Virus record (IMG/VR): IMGVR_UViG_3300030382_003857
Reading direction: 5' to 3' (one strand)
Source of the DNA: an uncultured virus (IMG/VR IMGVR_UViG_3300030382_003857)
Lineage: Duplodnaviria > Heunggongvirae > Uroviricota > Caudoviricetes
DNA: 64,000 nt
This document shows positions 37,084-47,647 of this stretch, piece after piece (within the stretch, counting starts at the first letter, position 1; the number at the start of each line of letters is the position of its first letter). The notes below the pieces were generated by a model. The model was not told where the DNA came from. It saw nothing but the letters and a program-made list of their open reading frames with translations, and did no database searches. A program made the translations under genes and the position numbers.

Positions 37084-37806
37084 TTAGGAGCCTTTTTTCA
37101 AAGATTTTTCGTAGCGTTCGATTCGTTCAAACCACTTGTTTTCGTACTCATCCAGTTTTCGGGCATCCATTTTAAATTCTTGGTACTGACCATCTTTTGT
37201 ACAAATACAAATAAGTCCTTGATCAATAGGGCCGTGTTGTTCTTGGTGAGCTAAAGAATAAGCAGCTATCTGAAAGTAATAATCATCCACCCACTCTTCT
37301 CTTTTTAATTTATTACTTTGTTTAAAGTCTATGATTGTAGGTAAATCATTATAAACTCCTACCACATCCGTTGAACCGGCCCATCGATCTCGATAAGCTA
37401 AGTTAACTTCATTACCATAAATAATTTTTAAAGGTTCAAGGTGAGTAATAATTTCATGAGCCATCATTCTTGCTTTACCACCATCCTCAGAAAGATTTAA
37501 ATAACCGGTGCCATTTAAATATTGTTCTAAGACGTAATGCATTTCTGTCCCTCGTAAAGCTGCTTTCTTAGTGATAGCTTGAGCTTCTTGATATCCTACG
37601 CGTGCACGCCAGGCATCTAAACTTTTTCTTTTTTCTTCAGGTTGGGTAGCAGAAAGAATAGTAGTTACGCTGGGAACTTTTTTATCTTTAACCGCATAGG
37701 TTCGTGGCCCGTGCTCATCGTCTCTTGTGTACTCAGCATATGTATATTTATTTTCTCTCTTGAAATCAGTGACTTTAAATTTATCTTTTTCTTTAATTAG
37801 TTGCAC
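37084..37806 (-). CDS. PD-(D/E)XK exonuclease (MGME1/Cas4-like)
   Basis: PSVTTIL, RGTEMH, AGSTD, IIDFK, QIAAY. Confidence 0.85.
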   Translation of the reverse strand: MQLIKEKDKFKVTDFKRENKYTYAEYTRDDEHGPRTYAVKDKKVPSVTTILSATQPEEKRKSLDAWRARVGYQEAQAITKKAALRGTEMHYVLEQYLNGTGYLNLSEDGGKARMMAHEIITHLEPLKIIYGNEVNLAYRDRWAGSTDVVGVYNDLPTIIDFKQSNKLKREEWVDDYYFQIAAYSLAHQEQHGPIDQGLICICTKDGQYQEFKMDARKLDEYENKWFERIERYEKSLKKGS

Positions 37807-37814
37807 GCATTCTT

Positions 37815-38030
37815 TTACAAGAATCTAAACAATAATGCAACAATAATTCCGACCATCGAACTTAATAAAAACCCCGTTGAAGTTAATAAAATTTTTTCTA
37901 AACGGTCAATTTTATTATGTAATTTATTAATCTGACTTTGAGTTTGTTTCTGCATGATTCGACAAAGCTTTTCGTGATCCGTGATTCGTTGATGTGCTAA
38001 CACATCTTTTTGATTAGGCTTGTTGGGCAT
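37815..38030 (-). CDS. Coiled-coil protein with C-terminal TM helix (possible lysis accessory)
   Basis: HEKLC, KIDRLE, hydrophobic tail. Confidence 0.6.
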   Translation of the reverse strand: MPNKPNQKDVLAHQRITDHEKLCRIMQKQTQSQINKLHNKIDRLEKILLTSTGFLLSSMVGIIVALLFRFL

Positions 38031-38244
38031 TTCGAGTCGCTATCATTTGACCCAAAGGATCATTAGGAAAGGCTGCCGCATAGTTTTGTGCTCCAACATT
38101 TGTTTGGTTTGGATTCATTCCTGGTGGAATTGGATTACCCGGTGCCCCTGGAGGAGCTTGTTGAACTCCTGCTACTGGACTTATGTTCGGAGTTATTTTA
38201 GGAACCCCCAATTTTTTTAATATCTTTTTGATTTGCTTCTTCAA
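38014..38244 (-). CDS. Probable frameshifted C-terminus of the upstream ejection protein
   Basis: TTG start; +1 overlap across A7/G5 runs; YAAAFPNDPLGQMIA. Confidence 0.55.
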   Translation of the reverse strand: MKKQIKKILKKLGVPKITPNISPVAGVQQAPPGAPGNPIPPGMNPNQTNVGAQNYAAAFPNDPLGQMIATRNAQQA

Positions 38245-41191
38245 TTTCTTCTTTACCTTCCAGTGCTCCTGTATAAAAATCAGTTGCTCTTTTAACGGCA
38301 GCAGGGTGGTAGTTCATTAAGGTTTGTAATCTGATAGGTTCATAATAAGCTCTTTTACGATCTTCATTATTATAGATTGCCGCTTTATTAAATTTTACAT
38401 TAGGTACTTTCGTTGGGTTTTCTAATAAATACTTATGAACTGCATCAAAATCAATATTATTAGGATCAACTCTTGGAAAATCTTTATTTTCATCATGAGC
38501 GGCATTAAATAATTGTGCATACAATTTATTAATTTGTCTTCCTCTTACTGTATTTCTGAATGGAGATGTAAACAAAGCGTTAAAACCTTCTGGGCCAAGT
38601 TCATCAAGGAATTTTGCTTCCTTTGTCATCGTATCATACATAAGTTTTAAATTTTTAGGATTTCCTAAATAAGTTCCTGACATTCTTGCTAACAAAAGAA
38701 AAGTTGCTAAGGGTATAAATGAACCTGATAGAAACGAAGCTGTACTCGCACCACCAAATCCTACTAAACCCCCCATTACAGATCCACCTCTTCCTTGACT
38801 TAACATTATTCTTCTTGTTAAAAACTGAGAAGGATCTCTTAATTTAACATCTTGTTGGGCGTTAACAATTCTAGTTATTCCTTGTAAAAATTTAACTGAT
38901 TCTTCTCCCTGTTTTCCTCCCCCATACATCTCAACGAATTTACTTTGTACTGCCTGGTTGTTTGTCATATCTTCTGAGAAGCCTAGCTTTTTTAAAAATG
39001 TAGCGGAATCAAATTCTAATACTTCTCCAACTGGAACTTGTAAGTCTCGGTAAGGACGAGTTCCTAGTCCTGATTTTGCTAATTGTTCTGGATCGAATCC
39101 TTGTTTAACAAAGTCATCACTAATCATATTATTATTAAAATCGTCAATCCATTTACCACTGTTTAACATTCCTTTTTGATCTGCTTTGGCAAGTAAATCA
39201 AAAATACTTTCTCCTCCTTTAGCAAAAGGAGTGGGTGCTTTTTTGTAAGAGGAATTAAATGCGTTAAACAAATATAAATTTCTCATTCGATCAAAAAGCT
39301 GGGTACCTGCTCCTCCCTTATCATACCCAAGGAAATGTTTTAAATCTTTTATGGTAAACGCATCATTTGATTCAAAAACTTGCTTTAAAGTTTTATTCCA
39401 TAACATATTAGGATTAATAGTTCCCGGGCCGGTTACTCCCATCAAAGATTGATTGGTTAAAAACTGCCTATCATGAGTTTTTAGTGCTCTCGACAAAGGA
39501 CTTTGAGTATATGGCATCACATTGTCATGAAAAAATTTATTTGCTTGGCTTAAATTTTTATTCCACGCTAAGACATCATCGTAAAGAGTTTTAAGATAGG
39601 TGTCGGCTGCTTCTTTACCTTCTCCTTTTAATAAGTTATCATAATTTTCTTTAACTGCAGGAGTTTTTAAAATATTTGAAATACCCTCTGGGCCTGCCAC
39701 TGCATTTAAATCTTTTTTTAAAGCTTCTCTGAGAGTTCCTACTATTCTTCTTGGATCTCTGATAGCAGATTGTTTCATTACATCCGTAAGAATTTGATTT
39801 AAGGATGAATAATTTGCAGGAGTCATTAAGGATCCATCCATATGTCTTTTTAAACTTTGGTAAAATCTAACTAATGGATCTGAAATAATACCAAGCTCGA
39901 CTCCTTTTAAATCTTGTTGTACATACTCCATGAATTTAGGCATACTATCTACGATGTCTGCCAAGGAAGCATTTAAAGCCGCATTTGTATGCTTGGTAGG
40001 AATCATTGGTAGTCCGATTGCATTGGCATCAGCCATAACGTTATCATATTTAGTTCCAATAATTCTGTGCATTTTTGCAAAATTTTTATGAATCTGTCCA
40101 ATAACATTTAAGCCTAATAATTCTGCTTGTTCGATAGGAGCGGTCTCATCTAAATGTTTAAGCATTCTATTATACCATTGAGTTTCTTGTGCTAGTCTTT
40201 GCTTTCTTGCACCACCTCCAATGATTGGGATAACACCTACTGTTCCCATTAAATCTTTTGTAAATCGTGCAAACATTCCTTTGTTTCTATTGATAGCTGC
40301 CCCTACACTAGCATCAAAACCATACTCAGCAGACTCTTTTGCTAATGCTTTAGATTGAGGTGCTCCTAATCCTAAAACATTTTGAGTTCCTCTTCCTAAG
40401 GCACCTAGCATACCAATTAATCCTATACCACCGGCGTTAAAATAAGCCGCCCACTGCATAGCCTTCGCAGCATGATAAACTTCTTGTTGAAGATAATTCA
40501 TTTTATCTACATCTTGATTACTTACTTCTCCAAGATCTTGTGATAAAGCCGCGGGTAAGTCGGTTAGGGTTTCAGCGGCACCATATAATAAAGAACCAGC
40601 ACCCGCTCCCCCCATACCAGCTACTTGAGCTTTAGCTTCTGTAAACATTAATCCACTAGGTTTATAAATTTGTTTTCCCGTTGCTGCTTGTTTTCCTACA
40701 GTCCAAATAGTATCTCCTACTTTTCCTAATAATCTACCTACTCTCGGAAGAAAACCTACACCTCTCATTAGAGGTAACTGGCTAATCAATTTACTGAAAC
40801 CTTTACTTTTTTGTCCCACTTTTTCAATAGAAAAATCAGCTCGTCCTTGTCCTAAATTTAATGTATTTACGGTTTTGTTAATATCATTAGCATAAACAAA
40901 CATACTGGCACCTACATCTCCAGCCATTTCAAAATCACTTCGTCTAATTCCTTTTGGAAACACACTACTTTGAGTAGCGGCCGCAAAAGGTCTAAGTCTT
41001 GTTTCTGCAGTCTTTGCAATATCTTTGGCTGCCTCTCCTTGTTCTATTAAAACTTCGTCAGCACTTTTATAACCTTTTAATTTTCCAGTTTTAAATAATT
41101 GATCAATGGCTCCATACTCTTCACCGGAAAGCGTTCTCATATTAACTGATTTGTTATCAAACGCTTTTTGTAATTCTTTTAAAGTTGCCAT
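38198..41191 (-). CDS. Large internal virion / DNA ejection protein
   Basis: 997 aa, helical with Gly/Ala hydrophobic segments; last of the ejection cluster. Confidence 0.7.
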   Translation of the reverse strand: MATLKELQKAFDNKSVNMRTLSGEEYGAIDQLFKTGKLKGYKSADEVLIEQGEAAKDIAKTAETRLRPFAAATQSSVFPKGIRRSDFEMAGDVGASMFVYANDINKTVNTLNLGQGRADFSIEKVGQKSKGFSKLISQLPLMRGVGFLPRVGRLLGKVGDTIWTVGKQAATGKQIYKPSGLMFTEAKAQVAGMGGAGAGSLLYGAAETLTDLPAALSQDLGEVSNQDVDKMNYLQQEVYHAAKAMQWAAYFNAGGIGLIGMLGALGRGTQNVLGLGAPQSKALAKESAEYGFDASVGAAINRNKGMFARFTKDLMGTVGVIPIIGGGARKQRLAQETQWYNRMLKHLDETAPIEQAELLGLNVIGQIHKNFAKMHRIIGTKYDNVMADANAIGLPMIPTKHTNAALNASLADIVDSMPKFMEYVQQDLKGVELGIISDPLVRFYQSLKRHMDGSLMTPANYSSLNQILTDVMKQSAIRDPRRIVGTLREALKKDLNAVAGPEGISNILKTPAVKENYDNLLKGEGKEAADTYLKTLYDDVLAWNKNLSQANKFFHDNVMPYTQSPLSRALKTHDRQFLTNQSLMGVTGPGTINPNMLWNKTLKQVFESNDAFTIKDLKHFLGYDKGGAGTQLFDRMRNLYLFNAFNSSYKKAPTPFAKGGESIFDLLAKADQKGMLNSGKWIDDFNNNMISDDFVKQGFDPEQLAKSGLGTRPYRDLQVPVGEVLEFDSATFLKKLGFSEDMTNNQAVQSKFVEMYGGGKQGEESVKFLQGITRIVNAQQDVKLRDPSQFLTRRIMLSQGRGGSVMGGLVGFGGASTASFLSGSFIPLATFLLLARMSGTYLGNPKNLKLMYDTMTKEAKFLDELGPEGFNALFTSPFRNTVRGRQINKLYAQLFNAAHDENKDFPRVDPNNIDFDAVHKYLLENPTKVPNVKFNKAAIYNNEDRKRAYYEPIRLQTLMNYHPAAVKRATDFYTGALEGKEEIEEANQKDIKKIGGS

Positions 41192-43494
41192 TAGTTTCCT
41201 CCCGTGATTTTAGTAATATCTATATTGTCAATCACGGTGCTTACATCTACTGCACCTCGTTTTTGAAGTTGTTTTTCATTCCATTGAATAATAAAAGGCA
41301 TTTTATATCCAATACTTGCTAAATATTCATCATCGCCACCTTCCCAGACATATCTTTTACTTAACTGTATAAACTGGTTATTCATATTGGTCATTAAAGT
41401 TTCCATTCTCGCATTAATAGTAGTAGGATCTCTTCCCCCTTTGCTAAGTGGAATCCAGCCCATAACCTCTGTACTTCCCGCTGCGTTTTCAATATCTTTT
41501 TGGGTTAGTCTGTCTTCTGCTTTATTAGCATTGGCCACAGCATACTTCATTCTTAATTGATAAAGGATGGCTTTTACAGCTTGAGCTTCTAACTCGTCTT
41601 CACTAAAGTCTGAGTCATAGTATTTTCGGGTATTCTTAATTGCTCTCTTAGCGTGTGAGACTGCGTCTTTTTTATCTTCATTATATTGTTTTATAGCTTT
41701 GTCTAATTCCTGTTGTGCTGTAGTTCCTTTTTCAGGATCACCTTCGAATCGATTTAGAACTAGAATATCTTCTTCAACATATTTATTTAAATTTTTACCA
41801 TTGTGTCCTTTTTCGCCGAAATACGTTAGAGTATTAAAAACACCTCTTATTTGGTGTAAACCAAATCTAAGACCCCCTGGTAATCCTTTATTCTCATCAC
41901 CCATTTTGTATCTTACCCAATTTGCATATTCATATGCGGTAGTTGTTGAGGCTAGACTTGATCTTATTTTCGCTTGTTGAGCTGCTGTGCCCTGACTTTC
42001 TACTGGCATTCCTGCACCTGGTGGTACTTGATATGGGATCGGCGCTATCGTACCATTAGGCATAACCCCCATTTGAATCCATTGTTGATTATTAGTATCA
42101 TAATCTAATGCAACATTTCTATATCCTGTAATGGAGTTTGGATCTGCAATTCTGTAAGTTTTAGCTGATCCTTTTGCTTTAATACCTCCCACTCCTTTAG
42201 CTTTGGCATCTGCTTTTAAGAAAGCCGTAGCTAAAGCAATCTCATTTTTCTTATCATTAGCTCGTAAAGCCATAGCTGTATCAACTACTGGCCCAATAGA
42301 TTGACCAGCAATATCGACTAAGCCTCTTAAACCTTGATGTGGACTTCGCCCAGACATTAAACCAGCACCAAGCTTAGCTAATAATAAATCTGCATTACTA
42401 CCAGTTTCTCCTGTTAATGATTCAATAGATTCTCTAAATTGCATGTATCTTAATTTTTGGCTATTAGAACCTTCGTTATATTCTTTGTTATATAAATTTG
42501 TAGCTGCTTCTTTATTTTTTTCTTTGTCTGCTGCTAGCACATTAGCTTCGTCAATGGTTAATTCATCTGTACCAGTCATGTTTGGAGTAGTTTCTCCTAT
42601 TAATGTTGAATCCTCTCCTTCAGTTACATCTTTAATAACTTTTTTATCGGAAGGTGGAACTGGAAATTCTATAGCTTTACCTGGGCCAACTTGAATAGTT
42701 TCAGTTTCTTCTTTAACTTTTACATCTTTTGCTGGTACAGGTTCAGATAAAACTTTTTGTTCCTCTAAACTTTCAATAATCTTATCTTTATTTTTTTTGT
42801 AATAATCAATGACTATATCCCATTCTTGAGGAACTATTTGATCTGGGTTTTTTCCTATGATTGAAGGTGCAATAAGTTCCATGATTCTTACATCATCAGA
42901 TGTAAATTCAATACCCTCATTACTCAAACCTAATTTTTCTAATCCAAAACCAGCTCCAAGACCCCCTATACCTACTGCTGTAGACTTAGGTAGAGCCACC
43001 TCATCTATTTTTCCGGCTAGTTGTGCTCCTTTTATTTTTAAAGGAGTGGGTTTTCCTGCTTGCATTAAACTTTTTATACCCGTTCCAGCCCAAGGTACTC
43101 CAAAGGCCATAGTTCCTATACCATATGCTAAGTCAGATGGACTAAAAACATTATCTCTACCTATACCAAGACCTTTACCTACTTCTTGTGCTCCAGTGTA
43201 AGTCAAATAACCTCCTGCACCAGTTTTTCCTGCAGCCATTGTTTTTGGCCATTTTGCAAGTTCCGGAGCAATCTTTCTTTGATATATTGAAGGAGGCTGA
43301 GCTTTTCTAGCTTCTCTATAAGTTTGAAATCCTTTTTTAGCAGCAGGCCATAGTCTTCTGCCTTTGTCTAGTATATTTCCCATACTAAAAAGTGCACTCC
43401 CATATGCTTTAGGAATTTGATCGGTGTTAATTTGGTGATAATGTCGAGCTCTAGTTCTGAACATAGGACGATCAAGTACAGTATTTTTTTTCAT
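41191..43494 (-). CDS. Internal virion / ejection protein
   Basis: 767 aa; starts VLDRPMFR; Gly-rich hydrophobic stretches. Confidence 0.7.
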   Translation of the reverse strand: MKKNTVLDRPMFRTRARHYHQINTDQIPKAYGSALFSMGNILDKGRRLWPAAKKGFQTYREARKAQPPSIYQRKIAPELAKWPKTMAAGKTGAGGYLTYTGAQEVGKGLGIGRDNVFSPSDLAYGIGTMAFGVPWAGTGIKSLMQAGKPTPLKIKGAQLAGKIDEVALPKSTAVGIGGLGAGFGLEKLGLSNEGIEFTSDDVRIMELIAPSIIGKNPDQIVPQEWDIVIDYYKKNKDKIIESLEEQKVLSEPVPAKDVKVKEETETIQVGPGKAIEFPVPPSDKKVIKDVTEGEDSTLIGETTPNMTGTDELTIDEANVLAADKEKNKEAATNLYNKEYNEGSNSQKLRYMQFRESIESLTGETGSNADLLLAKLGAGLMSGRSPHQGLRGLVDIAGQSIGPVVDTAMALRANDKKNEIALATAFLKADAKAKGVGGIKAKGSAKTYRIADPNSITGYRNVALDYDTNNQQWIQMGVMPNGTIAPIPYQVPPGAGMPVESQGTAAQQAKIRSSLASTTTAYEYANWVRYKMGDENKGLPGGLRFGLHQIRGVFNTLTYFGEKGHNGKNLNKYVEEDILVLNRFEGDPEKGTTAQQELDKAIKQYNEDKKDAVSHAKRAIKNTRKYYDSDFSEDELEAQAVKAILYQLRMKYAVANANKAEDRLTQKDIENAAGSTEVMGWIPLSKGGRDPTTINARMETLMTNMNNQFIQLSKRYVWEGGDDEYLASIGYKMPFIIQWNEKQLQKRGAVDVSTVIDNIDITKITGGN

Positions 43495-43503
43495 GTCGTC
43501 CTC

Positions 43504-44388
43504 CTATTGAACCATTTGAATTTTCTGTGGTTTATTAGCCATGTTATACGCAGCATAAGCAGAAATTCCGGTACCAATTCCTTGTGCTAATGGATTAGTT
43601 CCAGGTGCCGTTGTTTGAGTTAACGTACTTGCTTGTGTTGGTAATTGTGTCATTATACCCTTTAAGAATTCTGCTCTTTGATATGGTTCGTATGCTCTAG
43701 CCATTTCTGTTGCACGTTGAGCTCCTAATGCTTGTTGACCAAGTTGCCTTTGAATGCCTCCTGCTTGTAATAAACTTTGAACATCTCTTTGAGCCATACC
43801 TTGTTGAACTTGTCCAGCTCCAATTAAACCTTGTCCTGCCATTTGTTGCATTTGTTGTTGTCGTTGAGCTGCATTTAAAGCCATACCATAACCCGCTGCT
43901 TGTGCTTGGCCTACATTAGCAAGTCTGGCTCGTTCTAATTCAGCCTGTGCAACACCTTCTCTTGCACCTCCAAAAGCACCAGCTCCTACAGCATTAGCTG
44001 AGAGTTGATTAGATGCCATTTGAGATTGTCGATTAATTTCATCAACAACATAACTTTGATAGGGATTAAAAAATTGATTTATATTTGGAGTACCTGAAGC
44101 TAACAAAGATCCTATACCAGCACCCACTGTGGGAGCTCCGAGACCCGTGGTTCCTGCTTGTCCAAATCCTAATTGTTCTAAAGGACTTGGAGGAGCAACT
44201 TGATAAGCTGGAATACTAATTGGCTGAGTCGCTAATTGTTTTGCCGAATCATATAAGGCTAGTTTTCGTGCTTCAATCTCTGGTGCTTCTCTAGAGATAA
44301 CTGTTTGTGTTCCTGATGTAGGGCCTGAGCTGCCGCCTCCGCCGCCTCCTCCGCCGCTACCAAAAATTGCACCTACTACTCCACCCAT
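43504..44388 (-). CDS. Ejection / pilot-like protein
   Basis: Q/G/A-rich; FFNPYQSYV, GAFGGAREG. Confidence 0.7.
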   Translation of the reverse strand: MGGVVGAIFGSGGGGGGGGSSGPTSGTQTVISREAPEIEARKLALYDSAKQLATQPISIPAYQVAPPSPLEQLGFGQAGTTGLGAPTVGAGIGSLLASGTPNINQFFNPYQSYVVDEINRQSQMASNQLSANAVGAGAFGGAREGVAQAELERARLANVGQAQAAGYGMALNAAQRQQQMQQMAGQGLIGAGQVQQGMAQRDVQSLLQAGGIQRQLGQQALGAQRATEMARAYEPYQRAEFLKGIMTQLPTQASTLTQTTAPGTNPLAQGIGTGISAYAAYNMANKPQKIQMVQ

Positions 44389-44846
44389 TATTTTAACTCC
44401 TTCTCATATACAACTTTACGCATTTTCCAACCAAATGGTTCAAATGCTTTTTTCCATCCTAGTCTTGCTAAGATGTATAATTTTTTACAACCAAATTGAA
44501 CGGCTACATGTTCAATCGTTTCCATGGCTTCTTTTTGCCATAGTTGCCTTTTTTCCCCTTTCAACAACAAGACTTCTAGTTGTTTAAAATTTGGCAATTG
44601 TGTGACCTGAGTCACAAAAGTACCAAATACTTTATTTTTTTCTCCATCGTCAGAACCAAACATAATAAATAATTGTAAGGTTCCTTTTTTGGCCTTATTT
44701 CTGACATCTTCTTTAGACATCGGATTACCTTCATACTGTAAACCTTGGGTAACCATAAACTCAACCAATGGCCAAAATTCGTCTACTTTTGGAGGCTCAA
44801 TATATAAAACATTAACCTCTTTTCTAATTGTCTTTTCTGCTTGCAT
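44388..44846 (-). CDS. GNAT-like protein of the ejection module
   Basis: GCKKL...ARLGWKK; typical podovirus position. Confidence 0.55.
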   Translation of the reverse strand: MQAEKTIRKEVNVLYIEPPKVDEFWPLVEFMVTQGLQYEGNPMSKEDVRNKAKKGTLQLFIMFGSDDGEKNKVFGTFVTQVTQLPNFKQLEVLLLKGEKRQLWQKEAMETIEHVAVQFGCKKLYILARLGWKKAFEPFGWKMRKVVYEKELK

Positions 44847-45789
44847 CGATCAAATCAAAAACTCTTTTAAATTTTTTCTGTTGGCCATAGAAAAAGGCAG
44901 CTCCTTTTTTTCTCATATCAGATTGAGATTTTGGATCTGCCCCTTCGATGATGCCTGCACCTAAAATCGCATCGGCTCTAGAAACAAATTCTCCGTCAGC
45001 TAATTGTGCTAACATAGTATCTTCATCTTTGTCTCCAGTTCCTGATCCATCTTCTACATAACCTTGTGCTCTAATATAGTTGTGCGGATCTTTTTCATCA
45101 TGACTTATTTTGGATGGAAGATAACTCACTCCACCTTCTTTAAATTTTTGTACCGCGACTAAGCCCCCTTGATTATAAGCTGTTGCAAATTTATCGTACA
45201 CGGCTTGGTCAGTATATAAACCTCTGTTAGGGTATTTTGCATAGGATGATAATCCTTCTAAGCTTTTCATTTGTTCATCATATGCTTTTTTATAATCTTC
45301 TTTAGACCATTTATTAATTCCTACTTTATCAAATTCTTCTTCTCCACCTAAGAGTTCGGCTCCTAATACTGTTGCCCCTAAACCAGTTCCGAGTTTTGCT
45401 CCAGGACTCATGTTAGACCATACGCCGTCTTTACCAAAAAAACCGCCTACTCTTTCTCCTGGATTAGGAATTACTCCTGATTCTTTTCCCATTAACATGT
45501 TGTATGCTTGAGATTGTTGTGGGCCAAGACCAAAGAATTTTCCAATTCCAGTCTGTTGCATTTGTCCCCACATGTTTTGATTAGCTGCTCCACCTAAAAA
45601 ATTACCGCTCTGAAACATTGCAGGCATTGAACTTGCTTTACCAAAGGCTTGCATACCAGGCACACCTGCCATACCCCCTAATTGGCCTAGGCCACCGATC
45701 ATAAAAGCATCACGTAGGGAACGACCCGTGGATTTACCACGTAGTTTTTGAATACCGAATGTAGCTACTGCAAGTGTTAATGGATCCAT
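44824..45789 (-). CDS. Internal virion protein with GG motifs
   Basis: YNQGGLV, FKEGGV, LADGEFV. Confidence 0.7.
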   Translation of the reverse strand: MDPLTLAVATFGIQKLRGKSTGRSLRDAFMIGGLGQLGGMAGVPGMQAFGKASSMPAMFQSGNFLGGAANQNMWGQMQQTGIGKFFGLGPQQSQAYNMLMGKESGVIPNPGERVGGFFGKDGVWSNMSPGAKLGTGLGATVLGAELLGGEEEFDKVGINKWSKEDYKKAYDEQMKSLEGLSSYAKYPNRGLYTDQAVYDKFATAYNQGGLVAVQKFKEGGVSYLPSKISHDEKDPHNYIRAQGYVEDGSGTGDKDEDTMLAQLADGEFVSRADAILGAGIIEGADPKSQSDMRKKGAAFFYGQQKKFKRVFDLIDASRKDN

Positions 45790-45815
45790 AATATATATAT
45801 ATTTCTGTATCTTTT

Positions 45816-45844
45816 ATTTTACCTTGATTAGTGGCTTTGATCAA
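45816..45844 (-). promoter_or_regulatory. Sigma70-like promoter for the ejection operon
   Basis: TTGATC-N17-TAAAAT. Confidence 0.55.
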
Positions 45845-45846
45845 TA

Positions 45847-46722
45847 TCAGCGGATTTTTATAGGAGACTTACCCTTGATCGATTTAAGAGGTGGTTTAAC
45901 TTCTTTTGGTGGTGTTTTCTTATCCTTATCTTCATTTCCTATACGATGAAACTCTTGAAGAAGCTTACCTTGATAAGGATATTCTCCCATATGTTGGATA
46001 GGTTCATCAACTAATGCATATATTTCGCCTCCTAACTTAGTCCACAATTTACAAAAGTAAAAGTCTTCACCAGTATAAGTTTTAGTTTCAGGATCATGAT
46101 ATGAATCAAAGAAATTATAATAGTTCGGACGGGTTGCCATTTTACCATTAATAATAGTATGTTGAGTAATACTTAATTCAGGATATGCCTTTTTCATTTT
46201 TTCAAATGCAGATCGTTTAATCATCATACAGCCTGCAGGGCCACGTTTAATTTTCATAAACCCCTCTTTTAAAGTAAAGCTATCAGGATTTTCTAATTCA
46301 ACTGGAAAGATTAAACCCATTGATTCAACATTATCTTCTTGTCTTTTTTTATAATCAACATCAAATTTGGTACGGTTAAGTGTTTTCATAGGGTATGGAA
46401 CAACAGTTACTTCATGGGGGCTTTCATACATTCTATAAATAGAACGTGTATTAAAACAAATATCCGCATCAATAAAACACATCTGTTTAGCATCTGATTC
46501 TAAAAAAGCAGATACACATAAATTACGTCCTTGTGTAACTAAACTACTTTGCATTAATTGAAAGGTAATATTTAAGTTATTAAAAAGACAATCTTTTTGA
46601 AGATCTAAACAAGACTTCATATAATGTAAACTAACTTGAGAATGAACAGGAGTTGCTACAAACAAAGACTCATTACTATTCGCTACTTCTTTAACTTTTT
46701 TGTCGTTTCGTTTCATATTCAT
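45847..46722 (-). CDS. GT-A fold glycosyltransferase-like protein
   Basis: VATP, GRN, FIDAD (DxD), GEDFYFC. Confidence 0.8.
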   Translation of the reverse strand: MNMKRNDKKVKEVANSNESLFVATPVHSQVSLHYMKSCLDLQKDCLFNNLNITFQLMQSSLVTQGRNLCVSAFLESDAKQMCFIDADICFNTRSIYRMYESPHEVTVVPYPMKTLNRTKFDVDYKKRQEDNVESMGLIFPVELENPDSFTLKEGFMKIKRGPAGCMMIKRSAFEKMKKAYPELSITQHTIINGKMATRPNYYNFFDSYHDPETKTYTGEDFYFCKLWTKLGGEIYALVDEPIQHMGEYPYQGKLLQEFHRIGNEDKDKKTPPKEVKPPLKSIKGKSPIKIR

Positions 46723-47647
46723 AAATTGCTCCTTTTAAAAAGTTAGTCCAATATGTTCCTATTTGTTTCCAATCATAAAATTTACGATAGTAATCTTGTT
46801 GAAATTTAATTTCATTTCCTACTTTTAAATTAAAAATATGGTTTTTACAATCTAAGATTGTATTGGCAGTAAGCTGAGTTAACGCCTTTTTATCCTTATT
46901 ATAAGGCATATAGACTGGAAACTCTGCACAGGTTTCAGGTAAAGCGCCGAGATCCGTGGTTATTACAATCAAACCTGCAGCTAATGATTCCAGAGCTGAG
47001 ATACAAAAAGTTTCTTCCCATGTCGAAGGGTGACAATTCACATGGTATTTAGGAAGCTCTTGTAATAATGCTTTGTGATCACAATAACCTTTATAATTAA
47101 CATTAGGTAAAGCCTTAGCTTTTTTATAAAGATCTAAATAATGATTATCATTAGATTCTTTAAAAGCATCTCCATAAATTTGGGTACTAGAAAAAACATC
47201 TAAAACAATATCCTTTTCTTTTTTTAATATTTCCATAGCTCCTAATAAAACATCTAAACCACGCCAGGGGGTAGATAGATAAACTATTTTTAAAGGAGGA
47301 TTAATATCTAGTTCTTCTTTAATAACTAATTCATCATAATCAATTCCATTTTTAATTATTAAGCATCGATCATGTGGAATATCAAATGCATATCTATATT
47401 TTTCATAAGACCAATGTGAATTAAAAACATAGTAATCATATTTTTTATGATTACTTTTCTTTTGAAACCAAGGATTAACATTAGGTTGATCATATGAATT
47501 CTTTAACCATAAAATATTTGGTTTCATAGGATGCAAAGGTTCTTTTTCTGGAATAGAAGTTGTAATTTGAACCTTATCTAAAAATTTATAAGGAACATAT
47601 TTGCGTAAATAATCTAACTGTATTTCTGTGCCACCGTATGCTTGCAT
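46691..47647 (-). CDS. GT-B (GT4-like) glycosyltransferase
   Basis: GGTE, RGLDVLL, ETFCISALE, GALPE. Confidence 0.85.
   Translation of the reverse strand: MQAYGGTEIQLDYLRKYVPYKFLDKVQITTSIPEKEPLHPMKPNILWLKNSYDQPNVNPWFQKKSNHKKYDYYVFNSHWSYEKYRYAFDIPHDRCLIIKNGIDYDELVIKEELDINPPLKIVYLSTPWRGLDVLLGAMEILKKEKDIVLDVFSSTQIYGDAFKESNDNHYLDLYKKAKALPNVNYKGYCDHKALLQELPKYHVNCHPSTWEETFCISALESLAAGLIVITTDLGALPETCAEFPVYMPYNKDKKALTQLTANTILDCKNHIFNLKVGNEIKFQQDYYRKFYDWKQIGTYWTNFLKGAIYEYETKRQKS

Noticed and set aside
45790..45803. (AT)n run upstream of the 44824-45789 gene
   Set aside because: Short and expected in AT-rich DNA; no evidence of phase variation
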